Positions 9,842 to 18,761 of a stretch of DNA of 64,000 nt are shown here, in pieces; position 1 is the stretch's first letter; every line of letters begins with the position of its first letter. Location of the stretch: NCBI GenBank assembly GCA_965248445.1, contig CBDFJG010000004.1, positions 1,760,001 to 1,824,000 on the forward strand, given 5' to 3'. Under the pieces are notes generated by a model that saw nothing but the letters and a program-made list of their open reading frames with translations, was not told the origin of the DNA and did not search any database. A program made the translations under genes and the position numbers. The stretch is from Planctomycetota bacterium. GTDB taxonomy: Bacteria > Planctomycetota > JAJSAM01 > JAJVHW01.

Positions 9842-11088
9842 ACGAGACGTCCACCGCCCGGTCGCCGCTCGACGTCGCACGCATCCGCGCCGATTTCGCG
9901 ATCCTGGACCAGGAGATCCACGGGCACCCGCTCGCCTACCTCGACAACGCCGCGACCTCACAGCGACCGCGGCAGGTGATCGACGCGCTGGTCCGGTACT
10001 ACGAGACGTCGAATTCGAACGTCCATCGCTCCGTGCACACGCTCGCCGCGCGGGCGACGGAGCAGTACGAGGCCGCCCGTGTGCGCGTTGCGCGCTTCGT
10101 AAACGCTGCGTCCGACGAGTCCGTCATCTGGGTCCGCGGCACGACCGAAGCCGTCAACCTCGTCGCCCACGGCTGGGGCCGCAAGCACGTCGCCGCAGGC
10201 GACACGATCCTGCTGACCGAGATGGAGCACCACAGCAACCTCGTGCCGTGGCAGCTCCTGGCACAGCAGGTCGGCGCGAAGCTCGCGTTCGTCCCCGTCA
10301 CCGAGGACGGCCGGCTGGACATCGGCGTTGCGCACACCCTGCTCGCCGAGCGGCCCGCGATCTTCGCGTTCACGGGTAAGTCGAACGTCCTGGGTACCGC
10401 CAATCCCGTGCGTGAGCTGTGCGACGTCGCGCGCGAGCATGGCGTCACAACGCTCGTCGACGGTGCACAACTCGCGCCCCACGGCAACGTGGATGTCCAG
10501 GCGCTCGGCTGCGACTTCTTCGCGTTCTCCGCGCACAAGATGTGCGGCCCCATGGGCGTCGGCGCGCTGGTCGGCCGCCCCGAAGTTCTCGCCGACATGG
10601 ACCCGTTCATGGGCGGCGGCGACATGATCATGCGCGTGAAGCTGGAGAAGAGCAGCTACAAGGACGCGCCGCTGCGCTTCGAGGCGGGGACGCCGTCCGT
10701 CGCCGACGCGATCGCGTTCGCTGCAGCGCTCGACTACCTGGAGTCCGTCGGCCTCGACGCCGTCCACGCGCACGAGACGCGCTTGACGCGCCTCGCACTC
10801 GACCTCCTCGCCGAGCGCGGGATACTGACGCACGGACCGGACGACGCCGCACTGCGGGCCGGCATCGTCTCGTTCGTCGTGCCGAACGTTCACCCGCACG
10901 ACGTCTCCCAGCTGCTCGACCAGCGGGGCGTCGCGGTGCGCGCCGGACACCACTGCTGCCAGCCTCTGATGCGGAAGCTGGGAGTCGTGGCGACCGCCCG
11001 CGCGAGCTTCTACCTCTACAACACCGAGGACGAGGTGCGCCGTCTCGCCACGGGACTGGGCGACGTCATGGGGTTCTTCGCGCGGTGA
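9838..11088 (+). CDS. sufS: Cysteine desulfurase SufS
   Basis: YLDNAATSQ, SAHKMCGP (PLP lysine), RAGHHC; GTG start overlapping the ferredoxin stop. Confidence 0.96.
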   Translation: MNETSTARSPLDVARIRADFAILDQEIHGHPLAYLDNAATSQRPRQVIDALVRYYETSNSNVHRSVHTLAARATEQYEAARVRVARFVNAASDESVIWVRGTTEAVNLVAHGWGRKHVAAGDTILLTEMEHHSNLVPWQLLAQQVGAKLAFVPVTEDGRLDIGVAHTLLAERPAIFAFTGKSNVLGTANPVRELCDVAREHGVTTLVDGAQLAPHGNVDVQALGCDFFAFSAHKMCGPMGVGALVGRPEVLADMDPFMGGGDMIMRVKLEKSSYKDAPLRFEAGTPSVADAIAFAAALDYLESVGLDAVHAHETRLTRLALDLLAERGILTHGPDDAALRAGIVSFVVPNVHPHDVSQLLDQRGVAVRAGHHCCQPLMRKLGVVATARASFYLYNTEDEVRRLATGLGDVMGFFAR

Positions 11089-11585
11089 GCACGTTCGATC
11101 CGGCCACCGCCCCCGAACCTCAGGACTCGCTCTATCGCGAAGTCGTGCTCGACCACAACTTCGCGCCGCACGGCCAGGAGCCGATCGAGAACGCGGACGT
11201 GCACGGCGAGGGCATCAACCCGCTCTGCGGCGACGAGCTCGACCTCGCGCTGCGGCTGAGTCCGGACGGCCGGATCGAGGCCTTGCAGGTGGACGGTCGC
11301 GGCTGCGCGATCTCTGTCGCCTCGGGCTCGATCCTGCACGACATCGTCGCGGGCGGGACCCGCGAGGACGCCCGTCGCGCGATCGCCGCCGTGCTCGAGA
11401 CGATGCACGGCGCGCCCCTCCCGACGGAGCCGGACCTCGGCGACTTCGATGCTCTCGAGGGCGTCAAGTCGTTCCCGGTGCGCATCAAGTGCGCGCTGCT
11501 CCCGTGGACCACACTCGAGGAAGCACTGAACGACGCGGACAAGGTGCTCACCCAGCGCACCGCCCTGAACGGAGAAGAACGATGA
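11085..11585 (+). CDS. sufU: SufU/NifU-like sulfur-transfer protein
   Basis: NPLCGD, GCAIS, RIKCALL motifs. Confidence 0.92.
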   Translation: MSTFDPATAPEPQDSLYREVVLDHNFAPHGQEPIENADVHGEGINPLCGDELDLALRLSPDGRIEALQVDGRGCAISVASGSILHDIVAGGTREDARRAIAAVLETMHGAPLPTEPDLGDFDALEGVKSFPVRIKCALLPWTTLEEALNDADKVLTQRTALNGEER

Positions 11586-11992
11586 GCGACCCCACTGACG
11601 CGACCCCCGGCGGCTACCCCGGCTACGGCCAGATGGACATGACCGTCCACGAGGGCGGAGCGCTCGAACTCGCAGAGGGCGAGAAGGTCACACCCGACTT
11701 CATCCTGCGCTCGCTCGAGCCGGTCAAGGACCCGGAGATCCACCTGTCCATCGTCGCGCTCGGTCTCATCTACGGAGTCGACATCGCCGAGGACGGCAAG
11801 AAGGTCACCGTGCGGATGACGCTGACAGGTCCCGGCTGCCCCGTCGGCCCGCAGATCATGGCCGCGGTGCACGCGACCGTCGCGAAGCAGCCGGGTGTCG
11901 AGATCCCTGACATCCAGCTCGTCTGGGATCCGCCGTGGAACCCGGTCGTGCATGCGAGCGACGAGGCCAAGGACGTCCTGGGAATCTGGTGA
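11582..11992 (+). CDS. DUF59/SufT (PaaD-like) Fe-S maturation protein
   Basis: DPEIHLSIVALGLIY, MTLTGPGCP, VWDPPW. Confidence 0.88.
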   Translation: MSDPTDATPGGYPGYGQMDMTVHEGGALELAEGEKVTPDFILRSLEPVKDPEIHLSIVALGLIYGVDIAEDGKKVTVRMTLTGPGCPVGPQIMAAVHATVAKQPGVEIPDIQLVWDPPWNPVVHASDEAKDVLGIW

Positions 11993-11996
11993 ACCG

Positions 11997-12470
11997 ATGA
12001 AGATCTCAGCACGCGAAGAGTACGGACTGCGCTGCCTCGTCCAGCTGGCGCGGGAGCACGCCGAACCCGGTGCCGGCGTGAAGCTGTCCGCGCGAGAGAT
12101 CTCCGAACGCGAGGGTCTCTCGAGCGAGTACGCGGCGCAGATTCTCTCGGCTCTGCGGCGCGCGGGGCTGGTGGAGTCGCAGCGCGGCGTCAACGGTGGA
12201 TTCCGGCTCACGAAGCCCGCTGCCGAGATGACGGTCGGCGAGATGTTCCACGCGTTCGAGGGGCCGTTCGCGGACTCGATCTGTGACTCGTACACCGGCC
12301 AGCTCGAAATCTGCGCAAACGCCGGGAACTGCGACGTGGCTCCGGTGTGGAAGGAGTTGTCCACCCGGATCTACGGGTTCCTGGACTCGATCTCCATCGC
12401 CGATGTGGCCGCCGGCGCGTTGCGCAACGAACCGCAGATCGTGCCGCTGACGTCGCTCAAGCGGCGCTGA
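11997..12470 (+). CDS. Rrf2-family (IscR-like) transcriptional regulator
   Basis: EYGLRCLVQLA, SQRGVNGGFRL, three C-terminal Cys (C-x9-C-x5-C). Confidence 0.9.
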   Translation: MKISAREEYGLRCLVQLAREHAEPGAGVKLSAREISEREGLSSEYAAQILSALRRAGLVESQRGVNGGFRLTKPAAEMTVGEMFHAFEGPFADSICDSYTGQLEICANAGNCDVAPVWKELSTRIYGFLDSISIADVAAGALRNEPQIVPLTSLKRR

Positions 12471-12479
12471 CCGCGCCGG

Positions 12480-13022
12480 TCACTCGGGCTTCTCGCAGGT
12501 CGTCTTGACCTCGAGCAAGATGCCCTGGAACGCCTTCTCCAACTGCGAGCTGAGCGCCATGCCGAACCAGGGCCCGGCGACCGGGATCCCGAGCTCACCC
12601 TTGTCGGTCCACGTCACCAGTGTCCCGCCTTCGACGGCCTTGTAGGTGATCGAGCCGTGGTCGTTGACCTCGTCCTTCTCGATCGCGCCCTCGTACTCAA
12701 TGCCGGTCGCGGCATCGGATTCGGTGATCCAGATCTGAACCCTCGAGTCGTCTGTCTTCGAGATCCACCACGCGCCCTTGCCGGACTCGACGGACCCGAA
12801 GTCGTACTCGAAGGAGCCGGTGTAGCCCTGGGACTTCGCGCTCTTCTCCGCGTGCTTCACGAAGTTGCGTGGCGTCGCGATCTCCTGATGGACGCGCTCC
12901 GGCGTGGCGTTGACGACGATCGAGGCCTCTACCTTCCAGTGATCCGGGAGGATCAGGCCGCCGACCACGCAGATCACGAAGAGGGCCGCGAGCACGATCC
13001 CGAGGAACTTCACGACCTTCAT
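12480..13022 (-). CDS. SRPBCC/polyketide-cyclase-like protein with N-terminal anchor
   Basis: LPDHWKVEASIVVNATPERV, GKGAWW, GGTLVTWT. Confidence 0.75.
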   Translation of the reverse strand: MKVVKFLGIVLAALFVICVVGGLILPDHWKVEASIVVNATPERVHQEIATPRNFVKHAEKSAKSQGYTGSFEYDFGSVESGKGAWWISKTDDSRVQIWITESDAATGIEYEGAIEKDEVNDHGSITYKAVEGGTLVTWTDKGELGIPVAGPWFGMALSSQLEKAFQGILLEVKTTCEKPE

Positions 13023-13070
13023 GCAGAGCTTCCACCTTCCCGAACGGCGCAGCGTATCCGTCGCGCGCCG

Positions 13071-14201
13071 TCAGGTCTCGCTTCGCTCGGGTGTGGCGGG
13101 GGCACCGGCCGCCGCGGCGGCGGCGGCCGCGGCAACGCCTGATTTCGGCCGCCCCGCCTCGTCGCCACCCGCCGGTCCCAGCAGGACTGCGATCCAGCGG
13201 AGGTCCTCGCTGTGCTCGAGGAAGATCTTCACGATCATCGTCAACGGAACGGACAGGAGCATCCCGATCGGTCCCCACACCCAGCCCCAGAACACGAGGG
13301 AGAGCCAGACGACGAGACTCGACAGTCCCAGCTTACGCCCCATCATCTTCGGCTCGATGACGTTGCCCATGACGGTGTTGATCACGAAGTAGCCGATCGT
13401 GACGGCGAGCGCGCGCTGCCACCCCCACTCGATGTAGGCAAGCAAGACGGCAGGAATCGCCGCGATCATCGAACCGATCGTCGGCACGAAGTTCAGCACG
13501 AACGCGGCCAGACCCCACAACACCGCGTACCGCACATCGGCCACCGAGACGAGCAGCGACGCCAGGGCACCTGTCGCGAGGCTGACGTACGCCTTGATGC
13601 GAATGTACTCACGCACGGACCCCACGACCCCTGCGTACCGTTCGGCCACGCCCCCGGTGCCGATCGCCGCCGCACGCAGCTTGCGCGGGAAGCCGGCAGC
13701 TTCGCCCAGAATGAACACGACGGTCAGCAACACGAAGAACGTGTTCGAGAGGAGATCTGCAAGCGCTCCGGCCGTCTTGGCGACCGCATCGAGAAAGCGC
13801 TCCACGTCGACCAACTCCTGCGCGTCCTTCACGTACGTCTTGAGCGCCGGCGGTGCGAGTTCGAGCAGCTCCGTCTTGCGTTTCTCGACTCCCGTGTTGA
13901 GAGACGAATCCGTGTCGGCGAGTTCGGCGCGGAAGTCGGCCACCGCGTCGCCGACCAGGAGCGAGAGCCCCACGATGGCCACGAGCACGGCCATGAACAC
14001 GATCGCCACCGACGCCCACTCCGGCACGGACCAGCTCTTCAGGCGATTGACCGCGGGAATGCAGAGCACCGCGATCATCGCCGACGCCAGCACCGGCACG
14101 ACGATCGAGCCCGAGGCTTTGAGGCCGGCGATCACGATCACGAGCGACGCGATCAGGATCAGCGTTCGGCGCCCTGCGTCCTGACGGTCCCCCTCCGGCA
14201 T
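13071..14201 (-). CDS. AI-2E family transporter
   Basis: LNFVPTIGS, IEPKMMGRKLGLS, WGWVWGPIGMLLSVPLT. Confidence 0.92.
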   Translation of the reverse strand: MPEGDRQDAGRRTLILIASLVIVIAGLKASGSIVVPVLASAMIAVLCIPAVNRLKSWSVPEWASVAIVFMAVLVAIVGLSLLVGDAVADFRAELADTDSSLNTGVEKRKTELLELAPPALKTYVKDAQELVDVERFLDAVAKTAGALADLLSNTFFVLLTVVFILGEAAGFPRKLRAAAIGTGGVAERYAGVVGSVREYIRIKAYVSLATGALASLLVSVADVRYAVLWGLAAFVLNFVPTIGSMIAAIPAVLLAYIEWGWQRALAVTIGYFVINTVMGNVIEPKMMGRKLGLSSLVVWLSLVFWGWVWGPIGMLLSVPLTMIVKIFLEHSEDLRWIAVLLGPAGGDEAGRPKSGVAAAAAAAAAGAPATPERSET

Positions 14202-14242
14202 CGCGCGAGTCTACCTGCGAGGGCTCCCGGTAGAGTCCGTTC

Positions 14243-15118
14243 GTGCCCGAGTATCCGGACGTGACGGTCTACGTAGAGCGGTTGCAGGCGTTCCTCGTCG
14301 ATCGCGTGGTGACCGGCCTGCGACTGCAGAGCCCGTCCCTGGTCAAGACGTTCGACCCGCCCGTGCGCTCGATCATCGGGAAACGGATCACCGGCGTCCG
14401 CCGCATCGGCAAACGCATCGTCCTGGAACTGCCGGACGAGCTGTTCGTCGTCCTACACCTCATGATCGCCGGCCGCCTGAAGTGGCGGCCACCCGGCGCG
14501 AAGCTCGTGCGAAAGCGGATGCACGGTGCGATCGACTTCGAGCACGGCACGGTTCTCCTGACCGAAGCCAGCACGAAGAAGCGCATGTCGCTGCACGTAG
14601 TGCGAAGCGAGGACGAACTCGCCGCCTTCGATCCCGGAGGCCTCGACGTCTTCTCTGCGACGACCGTCGAGTTCGCCGACCGACTCCGCCGCGAGAGTCA
14701 CACTCTGAAGCGCGCACTCACGGATCCCCGCACGCTGGACGCAATCGGCAACGCCTACAGCGACGAGATTCTGCACCGAGCGCGACTCTCGCCGCTCCAG
14801 CGGACGGTCAACCTTGACGACGAACACGTGGCGAGTCTGCACGCCGCCTGCCGCGACGTCCTCACGGAGTGGGCGGAGCGCAGCCGTCGCGAAGTAGGAG
14901 ACGGGTTCCCCGAGAAGGTGACTGCGTTTCGTCCGGAGATGGCGGTGCACGGAAAGAACGGCGAGCCGTGCCCGGTCTGCACGACTGCTGTCGCGCGCGT
15001 CATTCTCGCGGAGCGCGAGTGGAACTACTGTCCGGGCTGCCAGACGGGTGGCCGCCTGCTCAAGGACCGCGTCCTGTCGCGTCTCCTCAAGGAAGACTGG
15101 CCCGCACGAGCGGATTAG
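14243..15118 (+). CDS. Fpg/Nei family DNA glycosylase
   Basis: N-terminal PEYPDV, HLMIAG, IGNAYSDEIL, C-terminal CPVC...CPGC zinc finger. Confidence 0.92.
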   Translation: MPEYPDVTVYVERLQAFLVDRVVTGLRLQSPSLVKTFDPPVRSIIGKRITGVRRIGKRIVLELPDELFVVLHLMIAGRLKWRPPGAKLVRKRMHGAIDFEHGTVLLTEASTKKRMSLHVVRSEDELAAFDPGGLDVFSATTVEFADRLRRESHTLKRALTDPRTLDAIGNAYSDEILHRARLSPLQRTVNLDDEHVASLHAACRDVLTEWAERSRREVGDGFPEKVTAFRPEMAVHGKNGEPCPVCTTAVARVILAEREWNYCPGCQTGGRLLKDRVLSRLLKEDWPARAD

Positions 15119-15138
15119 CGGATACGGTCGCGCGCGCG

Positions 15139-16155
15139 ATGAGCAAGGCGGGGCAGGTAAGGGAGGACCGGTCGTTGCCGCGGCGTATCGAGTACGCCGC
15201 CGCGCGCGTCGTCGTCGCCGTCGTACACCTGCTTCCGGAGCGCGCCGCGTACTTCCTCGCGGAGTTGCTGGTGCTCCTGATCGTGTGCTTCGCGCGGCAG
15301 TTCCGGCGCCGTGCGGTCGAACACCTCGAGATCGCATTCGGTGATGACTACGACCTCGCGTGGCGACAGCGCACGGCATCCGAGTCGCTGCGGCAGTTGG
15401 CGTGGTACTTCATCGACATCCTGACGGCGGCCAAGAAGCTCCGCACGCCCGAGGGACTCGCGCACGTCGATCTCTCAGAGCTCGAGGAGTCGTTCAAGCG
15501 CGACGGTGTCACGGAGACGACCGGTGCTCTGATCGTGTCCGGCCACATGGGCGTGCCGGAGGTCGCCTCGCTTGCGATGGCGATGGCCGGGTGGCCGAAC
15601 TCCGTGATCGTGCGCAAGCTCGATAACCCGTTCTTGTGGGACTGGATCCACCGTCAACGGGAGGGCATTCCCCGCGTCATGATGACGAAGCACGGCGCAC
15701 TGCGCGGCGCCTACAAGGTGTTGCGCAAGAAGGGGCTCGTGGGGATCCAGATCGATCAGGACGCGCGGCGCAAAGGCGTGTTCGTGCCGTACTTCGGCCG
15801 GGCCGCCAGCACTCACGGCGGCGCGGCGACACTCGCGCTGACGTCCAAGGCGCCCGTATACATCGTGAACGGCTTCCGCACGGGGCGCCGGCGGTTCCGA
15901 TACCGCGTGCACTGTCAGGGTCCGCTCGACTTCACTCCCTCGGGTGACCACGATGCCGACGTCAAGGAGCTCACCACGCTGATGACCGCGGCGCTCGAGC
16001 ACGACGTGCGGCGCTACCCCGAGCACAACATGTGGGCGCACCGCCGCTGGAAGACCCGCCCCCCGTGGACCGTCAAGGGAAAGGAGCAGCTGGCGCGCAG
16101 GGCGAACCAGGTCGAGCGCCAGCGCACACCGGACGCCGCCGCGGAGGCCGGCTGA
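15139..16155 (+). CDS. Lipid A lauroyl/myristoyl acyltransferase family (LpxL/HtrB-like)
   Basis: SGHMGVPE, DQD, FVPYFGRAAST, WAHRRWK. Confidence 0.88.
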   Translation: MSKAGQVREDRSLPRRIEYAAARVVVAVVHLLPERAAYFLAELLVLLIVCFARQFRRRAVEHLEIAFGDDYDLAWRQRTASESLRQLAWYFIDILTAAKKLRTPEGLAHVDLSELEESFKRDGVTETTGALIVSGHMGVPEVASLAMAMAGWPNSVIVRKLDNPFLWDWIHRQREGIPRVMMTKHGALRGAYKVLRKKGLVGIQIDQDARRKGVFVPYFGRAASTHGGAATLALTSKAPVYIVNGFRTGRRRFRYRVHCQGPLDFTPSGDHDADVKELTTLMTAALEHDVRRYPEHNMWAHRRWKTRPPWTVKGKEQLARRANQVERQRTPDAAAEAG

Positions 16156-16226
16156 GACGCTCTGCGGTATCGTCTGGACACGGCCCGTCCCGATTCCCCG
16201 TTCGGCGCCGTCTCATTCCCTGAGCG

Positions 16227-18506
16227 ATGTCAGCACGCCCCGACGCCATCGACCCCGCCCGCTTCGAGGAGTTGTTCGCGCACCGCGAGTGGGTGCGGCG
16301 CCTGGCGCGCACGCTGGTCGGGGATCACGCCTCAGCCGACGACGTGGAGCAGGAGGTGTGGGTCCGGGCACTGCGCGCTCCGCCCCGGGCGCTGAGATCT
16401 GCGCGTGCATGGCTGGGCACGGTCGCACGCAACGCGGCCCACGACAGCCGGCGTTCCACGAGCCGGCGGGCGGCGCGCGAGGCAAGAACCCGCGTCCGGC
16501 AGACCAGTTCATCGGCCTACGACGTCGTGTCACGCGCCGAGACGCACCGCGACCTCGTCAACCGCGTGCTCGCGCTGCCACAGCCGTACCGTTCGGTGGT
16601 CCTCCTGCGGTTCTACGACGGCCTCCCGCCGCGGGAGATCGGAGCGCGCACCGACACGACTGGGGAGACCGCGCGAAAGCGCGTCCAGCGCGGAGTCGCC
16701 ATGTTGCGCGACGGCTTCAGTGACGATCTCCACGTCCTGCTGCTCCCGCTCCTGGCGGGAGCGTCCAAACTCGCGAAAGGGGCCGCTGTGGGTACCAAGT
16801 CGAAGTCCAGCATCGCGCTCGTGCTTCTTCTCCTGCTCGGTCTGACCGTCGGGGCAGGCTGGATGGTGATGTCCAGCGCCGGAGGTGCAGGCAACGACCC
16901 GGACGTCGCCGCACTCGGAGCCAGTGGCGACGCGGTGGGAACCACGCGCAAGGGCGAGTACGGAGACGACGCAGCGGTCGACGACAGCGCCGAGGACCGA
17001 CCGGGAGCAGCCGGCGGCGGCAGCGCATCCACCGAAAACGCCCGCGCGCGCGAGCGGGTGGAAATCGGCGAGACCGCCGCCGCAGAAGCTGCGGACGAGG
17101 ACGCCGAGGATGCCGCCAAGCGGCGTGTCCGCGGCGCCCTCGTGTTCGCGGACGGGAGCGGACCCGTCGCCGGCGCCGTCGTCTATCTGCGCCCGTCGAC
17201 CGGATCGATGGTCGCCGTGCGCCGCGTCGTATCCGACGCAACCGGTGGGTTCTCGTTCGATGACCTGGACGAGGACGCCTACCGCCTTCAGGTGGGGGAT
17301 CGGATGGCCGTGGACAACCCGCCTGTCGAGTTCGTCCCCCACGACGTGTCGCGCGTGCGCGTGGGCACCGAGCCACTCGCCATCGACATCGAGCGGGGCC
17401 TGACCATCGAGGGCGTGCTGCTCGACTCGGCCGGTCAACTGATCACCGAGAAGGTCGTGGTGCGTCTGGACGGTCCCAAGGGGAGCGGGCTCACGCAGGG
17501 GGAGTCACTGCGCATGCTGCGCATCGTGAACGGGCATCTGCGCGTGCCGGGTCTGCGGCCGGGCAACTACGACATGAGCTTCCGTGCGGAGTACCCGGCA
17601 CTGGGAGAAGCGGCGCCGAGCGTGGGTTCCACCGTCATGGAGGACGTGGCAGCGGGCACGACCGACCTGACCGTCCGATTCGGTCCGGTTGGGAGGATCT
17701 CGGGCCGGCTGGTCGATCGCACGGGGAGCCCGATCGTGGCGAAGGGCGGCTGGCTCATGGCCACGCCCGCCGGGGGAGAGTCGGGATCGCTCGGCTCCGT
17801 CTGGATGACGTTCGCGGAGGATGGCACGTTCACCTCGCTGCCGCTCGACGGGAACCGCACGTACGACCTCATCGCCGGAAACTTCGAGGGGTTCGACGGG
17901 GGACGTACCAACACGGTCGTTCCCGGAGCCACCGACGTCCTCGTACGGCTGCGCCGCTCCGGCCGGATCACCGGACGCATCGTCCGCGCAGACGGCAAGA
18001 CCGTGCCCATCGGCCTGTACGTGCTCGCGCAGGCGACGGACGCTCCCTCCGGCCGGCCGGAGGGGAGTTTCTCGTTCGCGTACTCACAGGCCGACGGCTC
18101 GTTCGCGCTGGAGGGACTCGGCGAGTTCACGTTCCGGGTCGTGGCAGGCGGAGGTACGAGCGACCTCGCACTCGTCGAGGCATTGAACGGCATCCAGCCC
18201 GGCGCGACGGACGTCATCGTGCGCGTCCGCCCCGGCGAAACGGTGACCGGCCGGCTCGTGAACGCGGAGGGCGGCGCGGTGAGGACCTCACGGCTCAGCG
18301 CGTTGCGCGACGACCCGGTGCAGCCGACGCCCTCGGTGACGGTGGACTCCGCGGACGGTGACTTCGAGTTCCGCTCGCTGCGCCCCGGCCACTACCGGTT
18401 CTTCGCGCTGATCGGCGAGGAGAGCGTGCTGGTCGGCGACGCCGTTGCGCCGGCGACGGACGTCGTGCTCCGCCTGCCCGGCGGGAAGCGCGTCTCAGCG
18501 CGCTGA
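16227..18506 (+). CDS. ECF sigma-70 factor with transmembrane helix and long extracytoplasmic beta-repeat extension
   Basis: Sigma2 (ADDVEQEVW, AWLGTVARN), sigma4 (LPQPYRSVVLLRFYDGL), TM (IALVLLLLLGLTVGAGW), repeated 'GR(I/L)xGxxVxxxG' carboxypeptidase-regulatory-like units. Confidence 0.85.
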   Translation: MSARPDAIDPARFEELFAHREWVRRLARTLVGDHASADDVEQEVWVRALRAPPRALRSARAWLGTVARNAAHDSRRSTSRRAAREARTRVRQTSSSAYDVVSRAETHRDLVNRVLALPQPYRSVVLLRFYDGLPPREIGARTDTTGETARKRVQRGVAMLRDGFSDDLHVLLLPLLAGASKLAKGAAVGTKSKSSIALVLLLLLGLTVGAGWMVMSSAGGAGNDPDVAALGASGDAVGTTRKGEYGDDAAVDDSAEDRPGAAGGGSASTENARARERVEIGETAAAEAADEDAEDAAKRRVRGALVFADGSGPVAGAVVYLRPSTGSMVAVRRVVSDATGGFSFDDLDEDAYRLQVGDRMAVDNPPVEFVPHDVSRVRVGTEPLAIDIERGLTIEGVLLDSAGQLITEKVVVRLDGPKGSGLTQGESLRMLRIVNGHLRVPGLRPGNYDMSFRAEYPALGEAAPSVGSTVMEDVAAGTTDLTVRFGPVGRISGRLVDRTGSPIVAKGGWLMATPAGGESGSLGSVWMTFAEDGTFTSLPLDGNRTYDLIAGNFEGFDGGRTNTVVPGATDVLVRLRRSGRITGRIVRADGKTVPIGLYVLAQATDAPSGRPEGSFSFAYSQADGSFALEGLGEFTFRVVAGGGTSDLALVEALNGIQPGATDVIVRVRPGETVTGRLVNAEGGAVRTSRLSALRDDPVQPTPSVTVDSADGDFEFRSLRPGHYRFFALIGEESVLVGDAVAPATDVVLRLPGGKRVSAR

Positions 18507-18734
18507 GATATTCGTCAGGATGTCGCCGACGGTGTCCATCGCAGCGGCTTCCTCGTCGCTGATCTCGATGCCGAGCTTGTCCTCGAGGTCCACCAGCAAG
18601 CGGAGTGCGTTCGGGGAGTCGATGCCCAGGTCTGCGACCAGGTCTTGCTCCGGCTTGATCTCGGCGCGGTCCAGACCCGTGATGTCGCAGAGGACCGCGT
18701 ACACGGCGTCTTCCTGGCTCACAGCGTCACCCAT
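18495..18734 (-). CDS. Acyl carrier protein
   Basis: 79 aa, acidic, DLGIDS phosphopantetheine serine motif. Confidence 0.9.
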   Translation of the reverse strand: MGDAVSQEDAVYAVLCDITGLDRAEIKPEQDLVADLGIDSPNALRLLVDLEDKLGIEISDEEAAAMDTVGDILTNISAR

Positions 18735-18761
18735 CGACCCATCCTCCCGTGACTCCCGCCG

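Noticed and set aside
5964..12470. Genome-wide reassignment of UGA to an amino acid as the explanation for the in-frame TGAs
   Set aside because: TGA terminates many conserved genes at their expected ends (sufB, sufD, sufS, ppk1), often in GTGA/ATGA overlaps, and Trp is encoded by TGG.
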